Assembly (NCBI GenBank): GCA_010909165.1
Contig: VJWM01000108.1
Span: forward strand, 372,001-436,000
Direction: 5' to 3'
From: Anthoceros angustus
Taxonomy: Eukaryota; Plantae; Anthocerotophyta
Length of the DNA: 64,000 nt
The position numbers and the translations under genes are program-made. This document shows positions 24,801 through 34,413 of the stretch, in pieces. The notes under the pieces were generated by a model that was not told the origin of the DNA, did no database searches, and saw only the letters and a program-made list of their open reading frames with translations. Each line of letters opens with the position of its first letter. Within the stretch, counting starts at the first letter, position 1.

Positions 24801-25225
24801 GGAAGTCTGCAGGTGCCTGGAAGAAACCTGCGAAGGCATGCATTGAAGTGCAGAACAAGGTGCACGAGTTCACAGTGGGGGAAGATAGGTCAGAAATCTC
24901 ATCGAAGCTGAGGACCGTGACTGCAAGGTTGAAGGAGGAAGGAGGCCATGTGGCACAAACGGAGCTGGTGCTCAAAGCCGTGTCCGAGCGGGAGAAGGAA
25001 AATGCCTTGTGTGGGCACGCAGAGAAACTGGCCCTGGCTTACGGCCTGCTCAACACTCCAGATGGCACAACTTTGCTGGTCACAAAAAACCTGCGGATGT
25101 GCAGTGACTGTCACAGCAGCACCAAAATCATGTCACGTTTGGAGAAACGAGAGATCCTAGTCCGAGATGCCCACCGAGTCCATCGTTTCGTGGATGGGTC
25201 TTGCTCGTGTGGGGATCGGCATTGA
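21854..25225 (+). CDS. PLS-class PPR-E1-E2-DYW:KP protein, DRH type, 1123 aa
   Basis: Intact ORF with about 23 P/L/S motifs, E1/E2, KKPAKACIE, CGHAEKLA, CSDC, SCSCGDRH. Possible degenerate PDF remnant (SPRHPGFRH...KPGW). Confidence 0.95.
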   Translation: MAELLEMPSMLPLSNCARLESQSQSQSQHTLWVQASSALESQQTLWVQASWALSETCSTAETSFEGRRVSKHGFLSNGYATHRSPRHPGFRHSAPKDTKDKPGWAVDGEVAMESVLMERCEGAKLRDAVGALDLLVQRGFPVRDSVFYRVLSRCIAQKDMALGARVHKIAARSGCESNPYLANQIVGMYASLGRLDDAVQVFHGVTQPDAYLWATIILAHVRCGEPMEGVKLYRRMRVSSVEPDNHVFVAVLKACAAAEDLGCGKEVHAEIVASAVKVNMFVGNSLVSMYAKCGSLEDASRVFRGLPRRDVVTWNAMIAGYNQQGLGREALALYASMEQEGTPANQVTFVCLLQACASVGELEQGKQLHLQIHERNLEGDVSVGTSLVDMYCKCGTLVDARTVLDRLPTRNVVTWNAMISGYVQQGLGHEALALYASMPEEGITSANNVTFACLLQACASVGALHEGKQLHAEIDERGLDTDTLVGNSLVDMYSKCGSLRDARRVFDSLPRRDVVTWTAMVTAYAEQGMGYEALGLHARMQQEGITPANEVTFVALLQACAGVRALPHGKALHVQVLERGLEADLFVGSALVDMYAKCGSLEDARIVFDRLPKKNLVTWTAMLAGYVQYGFGQEALDLYETMELQGIQSANRVTFMCLLQACARIGDLHYGKQLHSQIQERGLEAEVSVGNCLVDMYTKCGSLDDARIVFERLPTRDVVTWNSMIAGYMRQGLGGGALALYESMQEEGLTLANHVTFVCLLQACGSVGALQNGKLLHTQIRERGLESDDHVASSLIDMYCKCGSLVDARRVLDRRPIGDVVTWSALLKGYAENSDGRMAVQCFEEMRQQGVQPDETTFICLLVACSHAGLVREGQEYFRMMLEDYGITPTDYHRNCMVDLLARSGHLDEAEYMLQTVSMEHHVVGWTSLLSACKGHGDVERGRRCFDHLVRLEPDNATPYILLSNILASEGRWKDVLKLESLRKSAGAWKKPAKACIEVQNKVHEFTVGEDRSEISSKLRTVTARLKEEGGHVAQTELVLKAVSEREKENALCGHAEKLALAYGLLNTPDGTTLLVTKNLRMCSDCHSSTKIMSRLEKREILVRDAHRVHRFVDGSCSCGDRH

Positions 25226-25884
25226 GTGCCATTTTGTATCTTTGTCCGGGTTGCATCTAGTCTGAGGTCTACCACCCTGCCAGCCTATGTTGCAACGTCG
25301 TACATACTGACAATTGTGCTGTGATGTAAGCTACAATGCACAGGCCAATGACATGGTGAGAATTCGAGGAGGTTGACAAGTGCACTAATCTGAATGTCAG
25401 ATGACAGTCTGCCATATTCTTCGTCCATTCGTACATCCACAGGTCATACGACCAATCTAAATCCGAGGCTGATGTCGGAAAAGTCCAACATACTTCTGAG
25501 TGCACCACAGCACATTTCTGATTTTTCTGCAGCCCACCTTCCTCTCTCTTATGCAGCGGGTAACATGGATCCCTTGACTGACCTACAATGCCCTCTTCCT
25601 TTCCCAGATTCCCAATGCACTTGTCTTTGGTTAAATTACGTCACTCCTCGGTTCCATCTCTTTCCCTTTTTTCTTTTATCCTTCTAGAAGAACCAATGGG
25701 ACGGCATTGTTGCTGTCATGGGACTTGTACAACTTGTAGCACGGTGTGCCTAAGCCTACTTGCACCAAGGCACACCGTCTAAGTATCCATGTGTGTCCAT
25801 TTGGCCTAAGCCATTTGTAAATATGTGAGTTACACAACATTGTCCTTAGCAATAGAAAGGACAATTCCAAGTGAAACCCTAAGG

Positions 25885-26190
25885 CATTTGAGACCCGCTA
25901 CTTACCAAGCAGCTAGTACGGTACGCTAAGTTCTTGGACATTTCAAACATGATACTTACCAGGCAGCAAGCAGCTGGTATGCTAAGTTCTGAAGTTCTTA
26001 AAACCCTAGGACGTTTGAGACCTGCTACGTACTGACCAGCTGGTATACTAAGTTTTGAAATCGCCATAAACGGTTACTAAGTTTTGAATTTGAGACCTGC
26101 TACTTACCAAGCATCTGGTATGCTCCATAAAATATTCCTAATTTTGAATTTGAGAACTGCTACTTACCAAGCATATGGTATGCTAAGTTT
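25885..26190. repeat. Irregular tandem repeats of tttgagacctgctacttaccaagca(g/t)ctggtatgctaagtt
   Basis: About 5 diverged copies. Confidence 0.75.
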
Positions 26191-29135
26191 TAAATTCGGC
26201 AGAAAAGGCTGCGCTAAGTAAGTACGGAGAAAGTGCGAATCTAAGGTATCTGAGACCTTCCACTTACAAGCTTCATTATAAATTTAATAGACCGATGTCC
26301 AAATGTGTTGTATAATAATTTTTAACCTATGGAGATCTAAACGGTATTCATAATTTATCATGCTTTTTTTGAAATACGTAAAGAATATCACAAAAAGATG
26401 TATTACAATGTTGAACCTTGCCATAGCCTTCTTTCTTATTAGTGCAAGCAATTAAAGCAAGTAGAAGACAAAACGCCGTCCAATACAAGCCATTGTTTTT
26501 AGCCGATGAAATTTGTTGTTGACTTAAGTTTACCAACAATATAAAGTTTGAATGTAATTATTAATTTTTAAATTCATTTGGAATAATATAAACTTAAGGT
26601 AGGTCAAGAAAACAAGAGTGTTCACCAGAATTTGGCAGGGAACATTTTATTGAATAAGTAAAGCAAAGGTAGGCCTATCTACCATAAAATAGCTTGTGGA
26701 TCTCCCCAAGGGTATCCTAGTAATACATGATACCTTTTGCTGTAAAACTTATAAACAAAAGGATATCTTTTTTTCAATTTAGATATCTCTCTAGATATAG
26801 TTTTCTCTCTTTCAAGCTCAAATATACTATAACCCGAGCATAGCTCTCATTATTAATCATTTCTCCTAAAATATTACATCTTTTTTTGTATTTAAAAGAA
26901 ATAATATATAAATTTTCATAAACTTTTATATTTTTCCTACCACTAAATTATCTTACATTAAAAATAAAATTCTTCTACATTGAACCTACTTTTTTAATAT
27001 ACTTTTTAAAATTTATATAATTATTAATAATGATATATATAGCCTATGAAGAATTATATTATAATTTAAAATATTTAATGTTTTTGCACGAAGCACATCA
27101 TTTTCAAAAAATGGCCAAGAAAAAAAGTGTTTTATGCTCAGGCCATCTACACCAAAAGAGCGTAAAACACATAAACGCTTTTCAAGATTTAAGAGTTCTT
27201 CAATTTGCTTGAAACAAATAAGATATAAAGTATATGCAGCACAAGATCATAACAAAAACTATCTCAAAAGGATAATTGGAATACCAATGTTCCATGTAAA
27301 AACCAGTTTAGACCAATAAATTAACTGAATAATTTACATAATATATAGATGTAAAATATATGGAGCCACTAAAAATAGGTGCATAAGTTTTCGCTATGAT
27401 CAATGTGTTTAAATGTATGTATTTCCTCAATGTATTACTTGCATATATCTACTTACTCAACTTCTTAGTATTCAATGCTTGAATGTCTTATGGGTCTACA
27501 TTTTGTTGCTGAAAGATTTCTTATGTTTTCTTATGCAAAAGTTCTTCATAACTAAGTTAGAAAAAGGTCTCTTTCTCAGCACTAGGCTCAAGTTCAAGAG
27601 TTCTTCCGTATAGTTACACTATTAATCAATGAGTTGCAAACAAGTGATGAAGCCTATTCTTGACCAAGATTAATAATGTCAGAATCGCAATTTAATTTCT
27701 CGGGTACAGGTAAGAAATCTTCAATGAATTTGAAATCTTGGTTTCCATACTATATTGATCAAAATTAATTTCAATATTAACACTTCTATTCAGATGCATT
27801 AAAAACACATTGTACCAAACTTCTTGGCCATGGTGGATATGGTCTCGTGAGTATTGGGTCAAAAAAGAAATTCAAAACATCCCAAGGGGCTCCTTCAAGC
27901 ATGAGCATGATGCGTTTGGACAAAATCATGTAGTACTAATGTAAAGTTATAGTATACTCTTTTCACGGCCTATAAAACATGGAGGAAAAATCAATTCTAC
28001 AATTGTATCCTTTGTGGGAAAAAGCAGTTTGCTAGATCTTAGTACGTGCTGATTATTCACATTATGGATGAACAGGAAAGCGTATAATCTCGTATCCAGG
28101 AGAAGGGCCATGGAGCCTTGGAATAAAACGATTGATGCATGCCCTTGTAGATTTGGAGCATCAATTTTCTTTCAAACCTCCTATAAGGCCTGGACCTATG
28201 CCATATCGTACCCAAAAACAACCATTCTTTTTGAAACGTCGTTATCCTCTTTTCACATTTGATGAGACTAATAAAGGTACCAATATATGATGAATATAAT
28301 TCTACTACAAAATCTAACAAATATATATTAAACAAGATTCCATGAAAACTGAATATGTGATTTATATTTCAGGTGTTATGATCTTAGAAGCTTTTGGTAA
28401 TAAGAAAGATAAGCCTCCTAGAGCTAAGAACCCCTTATTTGGGCGTACCAACATCGATAATGTTTGGTCTCTGAATCCTTCAATTGCACGTCGCGAGTTG
28501 GATCCAAAGACCAAAGAGGTTTACATTGTATTTACAAAAAACAATTGTTGCTATATTTTATATTTATCATGTATTTTTTCTTCATACTTCACTATTTACT
28601 TTTGATCTAATATGTTTATGTATCACACTCACTATTTGATTCTTGTCAATGAAGGTTTTATTTTACATTATAGGAAATCAACGGTGGAGTATTAAAAAGC
28701 CCTTTAAATTTTCACACCCCGACTTAGAATGTGATGTAAATTTAATGCTGCCAGAATTGATGGTGCGTGTGGCGCATCGGATGTTACACAACGATTTGGA
28801 TGAAGAAGCATCTGGCAAAATTGAAGACAATGTTGTTTGTTATTCAACGGCGTACTTATCTATGAATTGCCACATTGCGAGAAGGGCGACAATCCTTCGG
28901 TTCACGTATGAGCTTGTAACGGATTTTTTCCACCCTGAAATTGAAACCCCGTTTGCAAGATCTGATGAGGCATATCTTAAGGCCACATTATAATAACGTT
29001 TAGTTTCATGAAAACAACCTTGTAAGTGTAGAATCTCTTAGATATAGAGGGTTGGTATATGAAGGAGGCTATGGTTCTCTTCACCCGAGTGCACAAGGTG
29101 CGTGGACCACGAGCGAACAAGCATGCACATTACCA

Positions 29136-29245
29136 ATATTGCGTGGTACATCCGCACTACTGATATTGCGTGGTGCGCACTGTGGATATTGCGTGGTGCA
29201 TGCGCACTGCTGATATTGCGTTGTGCGCATTGTGTGATTTTTGAT
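29136..29245. repeat. Short tandem repeat, atattgcgtggt...gcact x4
   Basis: Four adjacent 23-27 bp units. Confidence 0.75.
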
Positions 29246-29989
29246 CATATGGCAACAATGAATGTACTGACGTGGCTTGCTCTAATACTCGGGAAGGACA
29301 ACAGTATGACTGCGACTTTACTTGCTTTCTTATGGCTTGTGGGGGAACCGCAGCTTCGCTTTGAAGTTAACAGGGGCTCATTATAAAGACCAATAGAAGT
29401 AGTATAACCGTTTTTCACTTTCCAACTCTTTCCACCATTTTTTTCATGGGTTATAATTAGAATTTTTTTCCTTATCATCGACCCATTTTATTTGGCACGC
29501 TGGTTCCTGAATGTAAGACCAAGCTGCAACGTGTAACAAACTCTATTTTATCTATATTTCTATTCATTTATCTATCTCTTTAAATGAGCCAAACATTTCC
29601 GCAGTCCTACTAAGAGAAAGGCTTCAAAGTCCTTTCCACATCTCAATTGATGTTTTTGAGCGTCTATTATGGTAACATATGAGAAATAACTAAAGCATGA
29701 CAACACCAAGAGAACTATCATTCAAGCATTGTCGTTAAACATTCTCTAAATTGATGGTGGGAATGATAGGATTTCATAAAAGACCTTACTTCTAGTTCTA
29801 GTTAAGATGAAAGTACTACCTGGTTTTAATAGAACCGGAGACATAGGCAGGAGATCTACTTTTTTTTTTTAATAGTGAATAGATCAGATATTTACATTCC
29901 ACTTAATTTAGAGAATCCCCTTGAAAGACTCTTACAATACGAAAGATAACAAGCTAAGAGGCCCCATAAAGCCTTACAACCCAACGGGT

Positions 29990-30180
29990 GGCACCCTATC
30001 CCAGGGCCTTACAACAAAGGCCCTCTTTGCGGGGACACAATAAAGTTCATATGTTAGACAGCCTCAAAAGGCCTTACAATAAATGGGGCCTTGCCACCCT
30101 ATCCCCGACCTTACAACAAGGGCCGTCTATGTGGGAACACAATGGAGATCATATTTTAGACAGCTGCAAAAGGCCTTACA
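29990..30180. repeat. ~110-bp diverged tandem duplication
   Basis: caccctatcc...ccttacaacaa...ttagacagc...aaaaggccttaca present twice. Confidence 0.7.
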
Positions 30181-32386
30181 TCTTATGAGAGCCCTTAAAG
30201 CCTTCACCGAAAGTAGGCAACCAAAGTCTTAGACTGATCAGGGATGAGATGGCTCGGGTTGTGTGACACCCCATCCCGGTAATGATCTTACCAAAGGGTC
30301 TCTTAACTTAATCAATGAACTCATAGTTGCCGTATCACTTGAAAAAATATTTCCCTTTGTCTAAGCGAGAACTGGACACATAGGATAGAGTTCTTTAAAA
30401 CTTCATAGTGAAGTGTTCATGGGGTGGATGATTGCTGGGATGTGGTGCTTACCCAAAAGGTATTTCAACGGATTGTTCAATCTAAGCTAGGAATAAGGAT
30501 ACACTATAAACAAAATAACATTTCCTTTTATTTACAAGATTTGCGTTGGAGGATAAACTGCTGCCTTTGTTGGCTAGCGCATTGAAAAAGATGGACATCA
30601 ATCCCTTTACCTCCCATATGGGTTCCAAGCGACCAACTACAACAATAAGAATCGTATTTATGTCATCGTGTAATGTAATGAAGCACACCTTTTGTAGAGT
30701 GAACTGAATCAATTGCATATGAATAATTGCGTTGAGCTACTTCCCAAGTTTTTAAATACCACTATACTAGATCCACCCTACAAAAGATGTGTTTCATTAC
30801 ATTACATTCAATTACGTATGTGGCCGTTCGCACGAGGAACCTACATGACTTCATATTGCATATTACAACCAACTTAATATTTTGTGTAATATTTTATATT
30901 AATTATAATAAAAATACTTTAACATAAAAATATCATTATATTTTAGTATATAAGATAATATATATTTAAAATTATTTAAACGTATATTATTAAATTTATT
31001 AAATCTATTATTTATATTATTTTAAAATAATATAAATTATGTGTGCGTGCTTCTAATGAATTGCTATAATGCAATGTAATGATTCCGAGTCACAATAAGG
31101 CTAGTGTGTTGTGATCGGTGGAGGGAAGGAAACCGAATGTTTGGACGTTGATTGGGCTACCAACCGGATAGGTAGATGGATATGAACAGTGTAGGAAGAT
31201 GATAAGGATAGACGCACTGAGCACATGATGAGGATCGCGGGAGTGGCGGGCTTTGGGCGCATGCAGACACAGCGAATCTCTGTCGTCAAATCTCGCAGAT
31301 GGCGATTCTCTGAAATGTACACCTACGGCGTACATATAATGTTGTAGAATTCGTTCCCAGGACATACATACATACAAACATACATACGTTTTCGTCAGGT
31401 TTCTCGTCAGGACATACATTGCGCTGCTGCTACAGGCGGCAGCAACCCATGTGGCTGTCCACATTGCTTCCTGTCATTGTGTCATTGGAAGGCCACCGAC
31501 ACGGAATTACGCTCGCTATATATCCGATCTTGTGAGCAGGTGGGCTGCTCCATACCTGCCACCCAGCAGCATGTTGGGTTCTATGGATCCGCGGCAGCCA
31601 TGCATCATGCAAGAAATGCTGCTTTCTTCCTTCCTTCCTTCCTTCAGGAAACCCAACCCTACTTACAGACAGGACAGACAGACAGACGGGGCGTGGAGAA
31701 GGCAGCTGCAGAAGAGATGAAGATCTGCACCTGCTTGGTGTCCTTGGTGACTTTTGCGGAGAGCAGGTTAGGAAGCTCCAAACCGAGCTGCATCGTGGCC
31801 AGCCACAGCCGAGTGCTGTCGACGAGGGCTGGGCATGACATTTTAGATAAATATTGGCACTCCTTCCTAGGCAAGGCAAAGGCAAGGAAGCCGAACGTTG
31901 CAATCTTGGAAAGCTGCAGGTTCTAATCCCGACAACAAAGGAGGGAGCAACAGGCATGCCTCCAGTGTGAGCGGTGAAGAGAAAGGGGATGGATCTACAT
32001 CAGCTGCTCACGGTCTGGGAGCCCAGGAGCTGCAGCGGATCATCCTGTATCTGCAGGGCCTCGGTGACGTGGTCACAGGAAAAATTCCTGCCAGGGATCA
32101 TCCAACACAGTCTACCAATCCTCTACCCAAACAAGGTTGTGGTGGTGGAAAAACTTGCCTCCCCTTGCCATGTACCTGCCCCATATGCCTTGCCATGTGA
32201 AGGAACCCTTCTCACATGCGCATCGCCATGTGCCTCCCCTTGCCTAAGCTGCAGAAGCAGCAGCAGCAGCTTCCTGTGAGAAGGAAGGTCGGGTGGTGCA
32301 AAAACTGGGCAAGGATTGGCCAGAAGATAGAATGGGCTTTCCTGATGAGGAAAGGAGAACGGGGGCAAGGCTGGCAGGGAGAAGGA

Positions 32387-32809
32387 TCAGGAGCCTTCGG
32401 GGAACGTGCCGGCTGCCCTGCGAGGCTCGCTCTTGCGCCTCCTGCCCACCCGATGGCTGGCGTTCACCTTCGCCACCTCGTCCAGATGGTTGCCGCTGTT
32501 GCTGCTCTCCAGCAGCTTGTCGGATTCGGACTTGGGAGAGAGGAGGTCGGCGTCCATCTTCCCAGGCCTGCTGCGATTCCGGCCCTGCGTGCCGGGAGCT
32601 GTGTCCGCTGCCAGCTTGGGGAGCTTTTTGCCCTTGCTGCTGCCGTCATCCGCCTTGGTGTCCGCATCCTCCACAGCCGCCTCCTCCTTCACCACCTTCC
32701 GGGGCCTCCCCCGCTTTCTCTGCACGGGGGCCGGGGCTCCGGGCTCCGCAGCTGCCACCGTCGTCTGCTTCGAGGGAGCCACAGGCAATCTCTTCTTGGT
32801 GCGCCCCAT
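32387..32809 (-). CDS. Small AT-hook protein (140 aa) with C-terminal RRKSxPRRAA motif
   Basis: MGRTKKR...QRKRGRPRK (AT-hook)...VGRRRKSEPRRAAG. The ATG at 32809 is immediately preceded by a ttgcag acceptor, suggesting a 5'-UTR intron. Confidence 0.7.
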   Translation of the reverse strand: MGRTKKRLPVAPSKQTTVAAAEPGAPAPVQRKRGRPRKVVKEEAAVEDADTKADDGSSKGKKLPKLAADTAPGTQGRNRSRPGKMDADLLSPKSESDKLLESSNSGNHLDEVAKVNASHRVGRRRKSEPRRAAGTFPEGS

Positions 32810-34413
32810 CTGCAACACATCCACGCACAGGAACACCCACACACGAGCAGCCTTAGTCCCCCGATCACCATCGTACAAGACGCAGGACACCCAATTGCAC
32901 ATTCTGCAAGCAACCCAAGCCGCACATTCCGAGAAATTGCAAGGCCGTACGACAGGATTCAGATCATCTGCTTGCCTGCTTGCAAGATCAGTCATGTCAC
33001 GACGGCATCACACGATGAGCTGGATACAGTGAGCTAAGAAAAAGCAGAGCAGGGAGGAATTCGAACACCGCGTTCAGCAATGGTAGCATGCGGGGAGTGG
33101 AATACAAGCACGCAGGACAGCATTCAGGGATGGGAGGAATTCGGGACGCAGAGTCACAATCTACAGCCTCGTGCATTGGGATGCTGCATTCCAGGAAGAG
33201 AGAAGGCAAAAAAAAAAAATCCATTTTCCATGCTACCTCAGGGGGATGGGACTGGGAAGCCTACACTATCCCTGCACAGATTCCCAATCAGCGAGAGCTG
33301 ACTGCGAATTGCCACAAGCTCGCTCGGATCAGAACCTTGGATGAGGAATCGAGAAAGGTGAGCCATCGGCAGAAAGTGCCCACAAAAAAGCAACACATCG
33401 CAGCATACAAGAGTAGGAGAAAGCACGCTAAGGTTGGGAGGAGGAATCTACGCATATCCGAGGGATTGAGCGAAGGAATCTGCGTGCATCCAAGAAGCAA
33501 GTTCAGCAAAGGCTGCAGGTTGGAGGAGCTGCAACCGACAGAGGGGAACATCGACTGCTCGCCGACGGAGAAAAATGGGAGTGGGCTTACAAGGATCAGC
33601 GCATTGACGGCGGGCTGCCCGATTACGGTGTCCTGCGATGGCTGATTCACGTCGCAAAAGGATGAAGCTCTGATGTGGGCGTTGCAGAATGTGTGCGATA
33701 TATTCAGCACCAGCAGCAACAGCAGAGTAAGTGAGAGGAAAGCAGAGCACAAGACAGAGTGAGTCTCGTGTGTTTTGTGTGTGTAAGGGCAGGGAAGGAG
33801 GGAGGAAGAGAAGGAGGAGGAGAAGGAGGACGAGGAGGAGGACGAGGGGGGGGAGGAGGAGGAGGAAGATGGGCGCCTTTCTCCGAGGACGCAGCGAGGC
33901 AGGAAGTACCGTTTTCACTCATGGGTAAAATCACCCGCTTTTCGAATTTATTCTATTGCCGGAGGTCGAGGATTGTGCAACAAAGCGAGGCCCTGACAAG
34001 ATTCCTCTCTCTACTTCGCCTGCTTGTCACGGGCTGGCTGCTGGGAGCAGCAGAACGGGCTGGGCTGGGCTGGGCTGGCCTTTGACAGGAGCCGGATGAT
34101 TTGGATGACCCTATCTCCGGATGAGGAGACGCGGGCCTGGGCTGCTGCTGTCTTGTGGGTTGATGAGGCAGTTGCAGGGATGGCCGTGCAGGAGGAGCCT
34201 GGCGAGTCTGAGGGCCTTGGATGGAGTTGGGGTGGGTGCCAAGGGCAGCAATGTGCACCGCCCGAGACCCAGGCCAGCTGCTGCATCCTTGCAGCAGCGG
34301 GGCGGGGATTCTGCTCTGGAGTCTGGTCGTGTCAGTTACGGGCTTGGGAGGTGCAGGCAGGATGCTTGCAGCTGATTTCATTTGTCATGGTTTGTGGCTT
34401 ACGCTGATGCTGG

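Noticed and set aside
34405-34407. In-frame TGA between ORFs 34024-34407 and 34414-37182 as readthrough or selenocysteine
   Set aside because: The surrounding sequence looks intronic (acceptor at 34457), and land plants lack Sec machinery.
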